Origin: Nitrospiraceae bacterium
GTDB taxonomy: Bacteria; Nitrospirota; Nitrospiria; Nitrospirales; Nitrospiraceae
NCBI GenBank assembly: GCA_037442105.1
Contig: JBBIQV010000004.1
Span: 62,001 to 108,638 of the forward strand
Length of the DNA: 46,638 nucleotides
Reading direction: 5' to 3'
The notes under the pieces: model-generated
The model's input: the letters and a program-made list of their open reading frames with translations, nothing else
Database searches by the model: none
What the model was told of the DNA's origin: nothing
Position numbers and translations under genes: made by a program
Shown: one piece after another, positions 26,751 to 35,255 of the stretch
How the letters are laid out: every line of letters starts with the position of its first letter
How positions within the stretch are numbered: position 1 is the stretch's first letter

Positions 26751-28294
26751 CGGAAATCATGGCGGCCTCGGTCTTGGTTTTCCTGGGAGCGCCGCTGCTG
26801 GCGGCGCTCCTCAGTTTGATGACCCGGCATGCTCCTGTGCTTCACGGGTTGAATCTCGCGACGATGCTGGCGTTGGTGATCTCCGAGATCGCCGCCGTCC
26901 GGCAGGTGTCGGCGCACGGGCCTCTCACTGCGCTCTGGGGCTTGGTGTACCTCGATGGCCTCTCGGTCTTCATCCTGTTCATCATCACGGCTATCGGCCT
27001 CTCATGCTCGCTGTATACGTGGTCCTATCTTGATGACTACGTCGCTCGGGGTGTTGTTTCGACCCGGCGCCTGAGCTGGTTCTTTTGTCTGTTTCACCTG
27101 TTCTTGTTTGCGATGATCGCCGCGACCGCGGCCAACAGTCTCGGAGTGTTGTGGGTCGCCATGGAAGGGACCACATTGGCGACCGCCTTTCTGATCTCCT
27201 TTTTCCGCAAACGAGAAGGGCTCGAGGCGGGGTGGAAGTACCTGATTCTCTGTTCGGTCGGGATTGCGTTGGCCCTGTTCGGAACCGTGCTGACCTATTA
27301 CTCGTCGGTGCGGGTATTGGGAGATGTGAGCGCCGCGTTGAATGTGACCAAGTTGCAAGAGGTCGCCGGACAGTTGGAACCGCATGTGCTCAAGCTGGCG
27401 TTCATGTTCATCCTTGTCGGCTATGGGACCAAGGTAGGTTTAGTGCCGATGCATACGTGGGTGCCGGAAGCCTACAGTGAAGCGCCGGCTCCCGTGACCG
27501 CGATGTTGGCCGGGGTGCTGGAGACCGTGGCGATCTATGCGGTGCTCCGCAGCAAGGCGATCATGGACCCTGCGCTGCCGCCGAACTTTACGGGCAATTT
27601 GCTGATCTTCTTCGGAGTCTTGTCGTTTGTGGTGGCGGCCCTGTTCATCCTGGTCCAGCGTGACTACAAACGTCTCTTCGCCTACTCGAGCATCGAGCAT
27701 ATGGGTGTGGCAATGGCGGGATTCGGGGTCGGTGGGCCGGTCGGCACGTTCGGCGGTCTGTTTCATCTCCTCAACCATGCCTTAGCCAAGTCGCTGGCAT
27801 TTTTTTCCGCCGGTAATGTCCACCGCCGGTTCGTCACGCGAGAGATCGACGGAGTGCGTGGACTGGCGAAAGCTCAGCCGCTGACGGCGATCGCCATGCT
27901 GGTGGCGGGCATGGCCTTGGTGGGGATGCCGCCGTTCTCGATGTTTATCAGCGAATTCATGGTCCTGTCGGCGTTGGCGACCCAGGGTTTCGCATCCGAT
28001 ACGCTGCATCTCGGCAGGTTCCTCACGATCACGATCGTGGATGACGTGCGTAGTCTGGCGATCGTGGCTCTCTTCCTGTTGTTCGCCGTGACGCTGTTCG
28101 CCGGTTTTACCTATCGCCTGGTCGCGATGGTCTGGGGTACTCCGCCGGATGGGGTGGCACGCGGGGAGAGCTGGGATGTGGGACATGTGCCGCTGGTGGT
28201 AACGAGCGCGGTCTTGGTGGGATTCAGCATCATGCTGCCTGAACCCGTGAAAGGGCTCATGGATCGGGCAGTCAACGTGCTGTTGGCGAGGTGA
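26747..28294 (+). CDS. hyfF: Hyf/Ehr antiporter-like subunit F (copy 2)
   Basis: WVAMEGTTL, LEAGWKY, GYGTKVGLVPMHTWVPEAYSEAP, YKRLFAYSSIEH. Confidence 0.88.
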   Translation: MTEIMAASVLVFLGAPLLAALLSLMTRHAPVLHGLNLATMLALVISEIAAVRQVSAHGPLTALWGLVYLDGLSVFILFIITAIGLSCSLYTWSYLDDYVARGVVSTRRLSWFFCLFHLFLFAMIAATAANSLGVLWVAMEGTTLATAFLISFFRKREGLEAGWKYLILCSVGIALALFGTVLTYYSSVRVLGDVSAALNVTKLQEVAGQLEPHVLKLAFMFILVGYGTKVGLVPMHTWVPEAYSEAPAPVTAMLAGVLETVAIYAVLRSKAIMDPALPPNFTGNLLIFFGVLSFVVAALFILVQRDYKRLFAYSSIEHMGVAMAGFGVGGPVGTFGGLFHLLNHALAKSLAFFSAGNVHRRFVTREIDGVRGLAKAQPLTAIAMLVAGMALVGMPPFSMFISEFMVLSALATQGFASDTLHLGRFLTITIVDDVRSLAIVALFLLFAVTLFAGFTYRLVAMVWGTPPDGVARGESWDVGHVPLVVTSAVLVGFSIMLPEPVKGLMDRAVNVLLAR

Positions 28295-28298
28295 CAAG

Positions 28299-29891
28299 AT
28301 GGCGGACGCAGCGGCAGCAGCGGGGTTGCTGAAGCGAGAGTTTCCGAACGCCGTCGTCGGGACTGGCACGGTACAGGGCACGCCGTTGCTCAGAGTGCGG
28401 TCCGATCTGGTGCCGCTCGTCGCGCATTACCTGCACACAAAGCCGGACTTGCGCGGGAGCCTGTCTCTCCTCTGGGCGGTGGACCATCGACCGCGCGAGG
28501 CCCGCTATGAAATTCTTTATCTCTTTACGCTTGCAGAACGACGGGACTGGGTACTTCTTTCGACAGACTTGTCCGGCGATACCCGGTTGTTCAAATCCAT
28601 CACGCCCCACATCCATGCGGCCAAGTGGTACGAGCGCGAGATCCGCGACCTGTTCGGTTTGATCCCGGTCGGACATCCGGACATGCGACGGCTGGTCCGT
28701 CATGAACATTGGCCCAAAGGAACTCACCCGCTGAAGAAAGACTTCAGGTGGGATACGGTGCTGGAACGGACGCAAGGAGAGTATGCCTTTCGCTACATCG
28801 AGGGGGAGGGGGTTTTCGAGGTTCCCGTCGGTCCGATCCACGCCGGCATCATCGAGCCGGGACACTTCCGCTTCTCCGTCGCCGGTGAGCCCATCATGCA
28901 GCTCGAGGTCCGCCATTTCTGGAAGCACCGGGGAGTCGAGAAACTCTTTGAACGGATGAATTTGATGGACGGCGTCCTGCTCGCCGAACGGGTCTCCGGG
29001 GACACGACGGTCGGCCATAGCCTGGGCTACTGTCAGGCGGTTGAAGCGTTACTCGGCCTGGAAGCCCCCCGGCGTGCCCGCTATCTTCGCAGTCTCTTTC
29101 TTGAACTCGAACGGTTGCACAATCACCTCGGCGACATCGGCGCGATCTGCAACGACACGGCCTACGCATTGGCTCATGCTCACTGCGGCAGGATGAAAGA
29201 ACGGATCATGCAACTGAATGACCGGTTGACGGGATCGCGCTTCCTGCGAGGCGTGAATTGCGTGGGCGGCGTCGGCGTCGACCTCACCGAGCAACAACTG
29301 AAGGACATCGTCGGTGAACTCGATTCAGTCGAGCCGGATTTTTCAGAACTGGAGGGGATTCTGTTCGCCAATGCCTCCTTAACCGATCGTGTGGAGACCA
29401 CCGGGGTCCTCACGGACCGCACGGCCTGGGATCATGCCGTGATGGGGGTCGTAGGCCGGGCTTCCGGCGTTGATCGGGACATCAGGCGCGACCATCCCTT
29501 TGCCGCCTATGATGAATTGCGGCCGAAAGTCGCCCTGTATCGATACGGGGACGTGCGGGCGCGGATGCGGGTGCGGCTGGATGAAATTCATGAGTCCATG
29601 CATCTCATGAGAGAAATCCGGCGGCGCATCCCGCCAGGGCCGGTCGTGATGCAGTCGACGGGTACGCCGGCGGTAGGAACTTGGGCGTTGTCGGCGGTCG
29701 AGGGATGGCGTGGCGAGATCCTGTATATGGTGATGGCCGGAGAGGCCGGTCGGATCCATCGGTGCAAAGTCCGCGATCCGTCGTTCGTGCACTGGCCCGC
29801 GATCCAATGGGCGGTATTGGGCAACATCATCCCGGACTTCCCGCTGATCAACAAGAGCTTCAATTTGTCGTATGCGGGGAATGATCTCTAA
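28299..29891 (+). CDS. hyfG: Hyf/Ehr large subunit (NuoC-NuoD-like fusion) lacking NiFe cysteines
   Basis: ERE..DLFG, HPLKKDF, GPIHAGIIEPGHFRF, HRGVEK; L1 site reads RVSGDTTVGH and C-terminus SFNLSYAGNDL (no CxxC). Confidence 0.9.
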   Translation: MADAAAAAGLLKREFPNAVVGTGTVQGTPLLRVRSDLVPLVAHYLHTKPDLRGSLSLLWAVDHRPREARYEILYLFTLAERRDWVLLSTDLSGDTRLFKSITPHIHAAKWYEREIRDLFGLIPVGHPDMRRLVRHEHWPKGTHPLKKDFRWDTVLERTQGEYAFRYIEGEGVFEVPVGPIHAGIIEPGHFRFSVAGEPIMQLEVRHFWKHRGVEKLFERMNLMDGVLLAERVSGDTTVGHSLGYCQAVEALLGLEAPRRARYLRSLFLELERLHNHLGDIGAICNDTAYALAHAHCGRMKERIMQLNDRLTGSRFLRGVNCVGGVGVDLTEQQLKDIVGELDSVEPDFSELEGILFANASLTDRVETTGVLTDRTAWDHAVMGVVGRASGVDRDIRRDHPFAAYDELRPKVALYRYGDVRARMRVRLDEIHESMHLMREIRRRIPPGPVVMQSTGTPAVGTWALSAVEGWRGEILYMVMAGEAGRIHRCKVRDPSFVHWPAIQWAVLGNIIPDFPLINKSFNLSYAGNDL

Positions 29892-29970
29892 GCGAGCAGC
29901 GAATAGCGAACAGCTTTCAGCTGTCAGCCAGAATTCCGGAGCTGAAGGCTGATTGCTGAAGGCTGAAAGC
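29891..29970. repeat. Heptamer tandem-repeat hairpin
   Basis: AGCGAGC AGCGAAT AGCGAAC AGCTTTC AGCTGTC AGC ... GCTGAAG GCTGATT GCTGAAG GCTGAAA GC. Confidence 0.8.
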
Positions 29971-29986
29971 AAGACCTGGAGGACCC

Positions 29987-30490
29987 ATGTTTCGTATTCT
30001 GAAGAAGAGTCTCAAGACGGGAGTCGTGACCGGCGCGCATCCCGCGGCTGAAGCGCTAACCGAGCCGGTTGTCCCAGAAGCGAAAGAGAAAACCAAACCG
30101 TTTCGACGGTCGCTGACGATCCGTGAGGTGGATACCGGTTCCTGCAACGCCTGCGAGATGGAGATGAATGCGCTGGCTAATTCCGTCTATGATATCGAGC
30201 GATTCGGCATTCACATCGCGGCTTCTCCGCGCCACGCCGATGCGCTGGTCGTGACAGGACCGGTGACCGTCAATATGGAACGGGCGTTGAAAGACGTTTA
30301 TAAACAGACGCCTGACCCCAAGCTGGTTATTGCGCTGGGAGATTGCGCGATCAACTGCGGCATGTTCAAAGGCAGCTATGCCGTCACCGGCCCTGTCGAC
30401 CGCCATATTCCCGTCGACGTCCGTGTTCCTGGCTGTCCCCCGCGGCCAAGCGAGATTCTCAAGGCCCTGGAAGAACTCCGGGGTCTCTAA
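29987..30490 (+). CDS. hyfI: Hyf/Ehr small subunit (NuoB-like, [4Fe-4S])
   Basis: GGAGG SD; GSCNACEME, SPRHAD, GDCA, VPGCPPRP. Confidence 0.92.
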   Translation: MFRILKKSLKTGVVTGAHPAAEALTEPVVPEAKEKTKPFRRSLTIREVDTGSCNACEMEMNALANSVYDIERFGIHIAASPRHADALVVTGPVTVNMERALKDVYKQTPDPKLVIALGDCAINCGMFKGSYAVTGPVDRHIPVDVRVPGCPPRPSEILKALEELRGL

Positions 30491-30587
30491 TCTTCATAGA
30501 TTGCGCGCTCGAAGAGTTGTCGATGCGGGCCCTCCGTTGTGAGCGATGACTCAGTTCCATTGCTCATTGCCGCAACCGGGTGTTAAA

Positions 30588-30620
30588 TGAATTGTTCTTG
30601 AATTGTTCTCTCGAACAATT
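30588..30620. promoter_or_regulatory. Candidate operator: perfect 11-bp direct repeat plus inverted repeat
   Basis: TGAATTGTTCT x2 (30588-30609), and AATTGTTC-N4-GAACAATT (30601-30620), upstream of the PAS-LuxR gene. Confidence 0.55.
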
Positions 30621-30660
30621 GTCAGGCTGAGTCTGCGTCAGGCACGGGCGGTAGTCAGCG

Positions 30661-31359
30661 ATGAAACCGATTGTCGATATGCTCAACGGGACCGCCGATG
30701 GTGCGATGCTGGCCGACGAAGGAGGGATCGTCGTGTTGTGGAACAGAGCCGCAGAGCGGTTGTTGGGGTTTCGGGCCGATGAAGTTCTCGGTCGCTCGTG
30801 TCACGACGTCATGCGAGGCGAAACCCTCGGTGGCCAGCCGTTCTGCTCGCCCTTGTGCGCGATCGGGCACCGGCTCGGCTGTGGCAATGCGGTGCGCAAC
30901 TTCGATATCCAGACCCACACCAAGGCCGGCAAAGTGATTTGGTTGAATGTCAGCTCCCTTCCGGTTCCATCCAGAAAAAAAGGCCGGTTCCTGTTTGCAC
31001 ATCTGTTCAGAGACATCACCAAGCAGGCCAAAGTGAGTCGATTGGTGGGGGAGTTGCACGCCGCCCTCTCTCATCAGGCGGATCAGGCCGGTGTTGAAAC
31101 GAAACCGGCTGCTCCTTCAGCAGCTTCCTCAAGTGAAGGACTTCCAGAAATTTCATCCACGCTTCCGCTCAGCGAACGGGAGCGTGAGGTTCTGTATCAG
31201 CTCGCGTCCGGGAAGAACACCAAGCACATCGCCGACGCTCTCTGCATCAGCCCGGCCACCGTGCGCAATCACGTTCAGCACATCCTCGAAAAGCTGGGGG
31301 CGCACAATCGGCTTGAAATGTTGGTGATCGCCTTCCATCATCGCAGCGCCTCCTCCTGA
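30661..31359 (+). CDS. PAS-LuxR (GerE-type HTH) transcriptional regulator with Cys-rich PAS
   Basis: WNRAAERLLGF..EVLGRSC PAS; FCSPLC; LSEREREVL..G..TKHIADALCISPATVRNHVQHILEKLG. Confidence 0.9.
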   Translation: MKPIVDMLNGTADGAMLADEGGIVVLWNRAAERLLGFRADEVLGRSCHDVMRGETLGGQPFCSPLCAIGHRLGCGNAVRNFDIQTHTKAGKVIWLNVSSLPVPSRKKGRFLFAHLFRDITKQAKVSRLVGELHAALSHQADQAGVETKPAAPSAASSSEGLPEISSTLPLSEREREVLYQLASGKNTKHIADALCISPATVRNHVQHILEKLGAHNRLEMLVIAFHHRSASS

Positions 31360-31401
31360 TTCATCCGGCGAACAGACCAAACGAGCCCATTTCCGCTCCT
31401 G

Positions 31402-31469
31402 ATGCATCTGCTTCATCGTGAAAATGATGAAAGCGGCTCATTGTTCCGCCGGTGTTTCAGCCTTAGCTT
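31402..31469 (+). promoter_or_regulatory. Candidate activator sites plus sigma70 promoter for the cupredoxin cluster
   Basis: ATGCATCTGCTTCAT (31402-31416) and ATGAAAGCGGCTCAT (31427-31441) abut TTGTTC-N17-TAGCTT (31441-31469). Confidence 0.45.
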
Positions 31470-31572
31470 TGAAATATCCTCAAAGGACTGAGGATACGGT
31501 TGTCGGGAGTGGACGAAGGGATAGAGGTCTGTAGCGAGAGGCTAGTCCTATAAAGAAGAAAGGAGGAACGTT

Positions 31573-32067
31573 ATGAAGATCAGAGGACATTCAACCACAT
31601 TGCTAGCCGTTCCTATTGCCGTAGCGGCATTGACGCTGCCGGGTGTGGGAACGGACACCGTGTATGCGCAAGCCAAGGGGATGGGCGAGCCGTTGTCGAA
31701 GGTGGAGATCACCATCAAGGACCGGAACCATGGGTATGAGACCGTGGGTTTTACTATGCCGTCACACGACACAACGATTGTGGTCCGGAACGAAGACACT
31801 GTCACTCACGGGTTTGCCTCGAACCTGTTCAAGGGTATCCCGGTCCGCATGGAAGGCGGTGTTGAGGTTCGCGGAAAGAACTTCAAGTCGTTCCACGTCG
31901 AGCCGGGAAAGACCATGACGCTGCAGTTCGCGACTATGCCTACGAGGTTCGATCCTGCAACAGGCAGCGCTGAGAGCCTACGGCATGCGCTATGGTGCGA
32001 TATTCATCCTGAAGTGAAGGGTGAATTGTACGTGATCGAAACCAGGGGCGAGATCGGCGGCGGGTGA
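31573..32067 (+). CDS. Secreted cupredoxin-like protein
   Basis: AGGAGG SD; signal peptide; NEDTVTHGF ... WCDIHPEVKGEL. Confidence 0.75.
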   Translation: MKIRGHSTTLLAVPIAVAALTLPGVGTDTVYAQAKGMGEPLSKVEITIKDRNHGYETVGFTMPSHDTTIVVRNEDTVTHGFASNLFKGIPVRMEGGVEVRGKNFKSFHVEPGKTMTLQFATMPTRFDPATGSAESLRHALWCDIHPEVKGELYVIETRGEIGGG

Positions 32068-32131
32068 GGGTGCCTTGTTGCCGGAACGCGGAGAAGCCAG
32101 CTCCATACGAAGGTCTTCAGGGAGCACCTTG

Positions 32132-32563
32132 GTGAATGGGTTTGCCACCGCGGCTCTGGTTAGCGGTTTGACGCTGTTCAGCCTGGCCGGGGCCGCGGAG
32201 TTTCACTTTGTCGCCGAAGAGCGTGCCGAAAAGCAAGCCGCATGGGTATCCCAGGAGGTGGTGATTCACCGCAGCATGGAGATGCAGGACGGTTTGGTCT
32301 TCGTGTTGGAGAATCCGACGGACCGCACCCACGCGTTCGCGGCGCATGGGTTGTTTGAACAGGTAATGGATGCTCAAGGGGAAATCACGACGAAACCGTT
32401 GCTGGTCAACGTGACTCCTGAAGATACGGTGCTTGTCCAGGTGAGCACCGCGCAATTCGAAGGGCTTTCCCTGAGTTCAGGGCAAGGGGAAGAGTTTCCC
32501 TTCTTCTGTCCCCTTCACAAAGGCGATGCCCACCTGGGTGGCACGATTCATGTGGTCCCATAA
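32132..32563 (+). CDS. Secreted cupredoxin-like protein
   Basis: NPTDRTHAF ... FFCPLHKGDAHLGGTIHV; paralog of the next gene; start 32132 (GGGAG SD) or 32075. Confidence 0.7.
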   Translation: MNGFATAALVSGLTLFSLAGAAEFHFVAEERAEKQAAWVSQEVVIHRSMEMQDGLVFVLENPTDRTHAFAAHGLFEQVMDAQGEITTKPLLVNVTPEDTVLVQVSTAQFEGLSLSSGQGEEFPFFCPLHKGDAHLGGTIHVVP

Positions 32564-32569
32564 GGAGGG

Positions 32570-33028
32570 ATGCGGGCCATGAAGAGACTCTCACTTGCAG
32601 CCACTGTGGCGGCGTTTGTCCTTGCTTTTGTGCTGGGAAGTTCGGTCATGCCGCAAGAGAGTTGGGCAGGAGAGTTCCGCTTTGTTGTTCAGGATATGGC
32701 AGACGACTCCGCAGCCTGGTTTCCCATTGAGGTGATCGTTCACCGGGATACAGATGGGAAGAACGGCATGGTGTTCATCCTGGATAATCCAACCCAGCGG
32801 ACCCATGTCTTTGAGGCGCCCGGTTTGTTGGAATGGATGGTTGATGAACAGGAAATGAAACCGTTACGGATCACAGTGGCTCCGGAGGAGTCGGTGCGGG
32901 TGGAGGTGAGTGTCGCGCAGTCGGAGCGGATGCCTGAACCGTGCTGGGAGGAGATGAATTATCGATTCTTCTGCCCCCTGCACCAGGCCGATAGTGTGCT
33001 GGCCGGTGTCATCCGGGTGGTACCGTGA
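32570..33028 (+). CDS. Secreted cupredoxin-like protein
   Basis: AAGGAGG SD; NPTQRTHVF ... FFCPLHQADSVLAGVIRV. Confidence 0.72.
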   Translation: MRAMKRLSLAATVAAFVLAFVLGSSVMPQESWAGEFRFVVQDMADDSAAWFPIEVIVHRDTDGKNGMVFILDNPTQRTHVFEAPGLLEWMVDEQEMKPLRITVAPEESVRVEVSVAQSERMPEPCWEEMNYRFFCPLHQADSVLAGVIRVVP

Positions 33029-33074
33029 ACAGGCGGTGATCAGGCGGAAGGAGAAACGAGAAGGGGAGTAGACA

Positions 33075-33524
33075 ATGAAGGGAGTGGTCATTCAGCGATC
33101 GCTGGTGGCGGCTCTTCTCATGATTGGGGTGCTGGGAACGTTGTTGGTTCTGCCACCGTTCAGCGCGAAAGCCGGCCATGCGAGCTCATCAGAAGAATGG
33201 ATCAATCAACTCACTGGGTTCGTCGTGGTCCAGCGGGGAATTGCCCAGGCGAACGGCGAAGGGGGATCGTTTGACCCCTATGCAGACCAACTTACATCGG
33301 TGCGACGCTCCTTCGAACAAGGTGACCGGAAGGGAACCTATGTGGCGATGAATCGGCTGATGGATATGTTGGAGGCGCGAGCAGGGGGGATCAGCAACCG
33401 GGCGGCTGATGCGATCTGGGACTACTGCTATCAGGTCACGCCGCCCGCTTTGCACGACGTGAAGCGGCACAAGCAGTGGTGGGACAAGACCGTGGATTGG
33501 CAGAAGTTCTTTTGGGAAGAGTAG
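33075..33524 (+). CDS. Secreted helical hypothetical protein (paralog of 34610-34987)
   Basis: Signal peptide; PYADQL..TYVAMNRLMDML..GIS..AD..WDYCYQVTP..HD..RH. Confidence 0.75.
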   Translation: MKGVVIQRSLVAALLMIGVLGTLLVLPPFSAKAGHASSSEEWINQLTGFVVVQRGIAQANGEGGSFDPYADQLTSVRRSFEQGDRKGTYVAMNRLMDMLEARAGGISNRAADAIWDYCYQVTPPALHDVKRHKQWWDKTVDWQKFFWEE

Positions 33525-33589
33525 CGAGCAGCAAATAGCCGGCGGCATATGGCTGGGAGCTGGTAGCTATCCGCTATACGCTGTTCGCC
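33523..33589. repeat. Heptamer tandem-repeat hairpin (AGCGA/TCGCT-type)
   Basis: AGCGAGC AGCAAAT AGC ... GCTGGTA GCTATCC GCTATAC GCTGTTC GC. Confidence 0.7.
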
Positions 33590-33608
33590 AGGGAAAGGAG
33601 GTGGAGCG

Positions 33609-34541
33609 ATGAAATGCTTAGATCACATAGATCTGGCGATGCTGGCTGGAGCGGTGGCGACCATCGGCAGCGCGGCGTTTTTGTTCGCTTATCTGGGAGT
33701 GGAGCGAGAGCCATTGATGCCGCGCGGGGTCGGTGCTCCAACGACTTTCCTGGAGGAAGAGTTGGAGAAGAGCATTAACGAAGCGGTTGTCACCCCCGCG
33801 TATGTGGTTGAGGGCCAAGAGCGAGCGCAGGTCACGCTGGGCCAGGCTATTCTCGGTCTGATCCAGGCCAAAGCGCGAGAAACGATGTTCGTCCCCGAAG
33901 TGGTGAAGGCTGCGGCCGCCGATGCTCGCATGCGACGGGAGTTTCTTGAAGGGGTTTACAAGCTTCCGGCGGACTGGCGAGGACCGGAATTCGCTATGAG
34001 GGAACGGGAGGCAACGGTTCGGGCCCAGGAATCGCTGGGTCGTACCTTGGTGACCGGTACTCAGTTGTTTGCAAAAGAGGTCGAGGTGGCCGAAGCTCGG
34101 TATGGTCGGGCGGTGCTGAGCGCGACTCTCGCGGACAGGCGTGCCGCAATCGAACCGGCTGCGTCGCAGGCGACGATGATCGCCTCTGCCCTGGTCATGA
34201 CTGAATTGGCCAAACGGACGGAACCGGGGCCGAAACTGGTCATTGTGCGCGACCCACGCTGGGGATTCGGATCGATCGGGGACGGTACGATCATCCCGCT
34301 GGCGATTCTTGGCGCCGGGGTGGTGTGGCTGTTGGTCGCAGGGATCGGGATGATGCGAGAGCATGGCGCATCGATCCGGACCGCAGCGACCCATTGCGAT
34401 GTGCACGACAAAGACGTGATGATCGAGACGCTGGTCAGCGATGACAGTCCCTATGAGGTGATCCACTGTTCGGCCTTCAACGGCGGACCGGTCACCTGCG
34501 ACAAGCACTGTCTGACCTGGCCATTGGCACATGCAGCCTGA
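33609..34541 (+). CDS. Hypothetical two-TM membrane protein with C-terminal Cys/His-rich domain
   Basis: AAGGAGGT SD; TMs near both ends; C-terminal HCDVH..HCSAF..TCDKHC. Confidence 0.75.
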   Translation: MKCLDHIDLAMLAGAVATIGSAAFLFAYLGVEREPLMPRGVGAPTTFLEEELEKSINEAVVTPAYVVEGQERAQVTLGQAILGLIQAKARETMFVPEVVKAAAADARMRREFLEGVYKLPADWRGPEFAMREREATVRAQESLGRTLVTGTQLFAKEVEVAEARYGRAVLSATLADRRAAIEPAASQATMIASALVMTELAKRTEPGPKLVIVRDPRWGFGSIGDGTIIPLAILGAGVVWLLVAGIGMMREHGASIRTAATHCDVHDKDVMIETLVSDDSPYEVIHCSAFNGGPVTCDKHCLTWPLAHAA

Positions 34542-34609
34542 GGCGTTCTGCGCCGAGAAGCACTGTAATGACTTGACGTTTCCTGGTCTACGGGAATAAA
34601 GGGGGAGCC

Positions 34610-34987
34610 ATGCTTGCACGGCCACACATAAGGATCGCCATGATCCTCCTACTGCTCGGCGTGTTGGTGGCGACAACGGGTGCCGGGGGTACGGACAGCG
34701 CATGGGTTGACTCAATGGTGGGCGCGGTCCTGGCGGCGAAAGATCGAGAGCGCGATATCGAGGGGACCAAGTATGCTCCATACCTGGGTCAGTTGGAGAT
34801 CGTGAGGGGTACGGTTCGCCGAAATGACGACTTCGCCACGTACGCAGCCATGAATCGGTTCATGGATATGCTGATACAACATGGGCACGGAATCTCCCCC
34901 GATTTGGCTGACTGGCTCCTTGACTATTGCATCGCGGTGACTCCACCGAAGTTTCACGATCTGTCCCGCCATATGCGCCGGGTGTGA
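34610..34987 (+). CDS. Secreted helical hypothetical protein (paralog of 33075-33524)
   Basis: Signal peptide; PYLGQL..TYAAMNRFMDML..GIS..ADWLLDYCIAVTP..HDLSRH. Confidence 0.75.
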   Translation: MLARPHIRIAMILLLLGVLVATTGAGGTDSAWVDSMVGAVLAAKDRERDIEGTKYAPYLGQLEIVRGTVRRNDDFATYAAMNRFMDMLIQHGHGISPDLADWLLDYCIAVTPPKFHDLSRHMRRV

Positions 34988-35020
34988 TGGGAAGAGCGGG
35001 CTCGTAAGTTTGCTTCTACA

Positions 35021-35075
35021 TCCGTGGCATTTGAGGACAGTCAGCCCAAAGCTGATTGTCCCTTTTTGCCACGGA
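35021..35075. repeat. Long imperfect inverted repeat (terminator or REP-like hairpin)
   Basis: TCCGTGGCA-tttga-GGACAGTCAGC-ccaaa-GCTGATTGTCC-ctttt-TGCCACGGA, 34 nt after the last gene of the cupredoxin cluster. Confidence 0.7.
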
Positions 35076-35166
35076 ATAACCTGTCACTCTTCCTAAGTTC
35101 CCTTCGCTCTAGCTTAAAAGTGGCGCTGAATCCATCACGTCCCCAAGTTTTTGTCATCGTGCGAGA

Positions 35167-35182
35167 TGGCACTTCCCTTGCG
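35167..35182 (+). promoter_or_regulatory. Sigma54 promoter
   Basis: TGGCAC-TTCCC-TTGCG, consensus match. Confidence 0.75.
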
Positions 35183-35255
35183 TGCTGCTAAGAAATAGTG
35201 GACGACTCGTCTGAGTGCAGGAGATACCAAGCAGGAGGCTAGGAAAGGAGCCGTT

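Noticed and set aside
28299..29891. Functional hydrogenase-4 / formate hydrogenlyase
   Set aside because: All four Ni-ligating cysteines are missing; no maturation or formate dehydrogenase genes in the window
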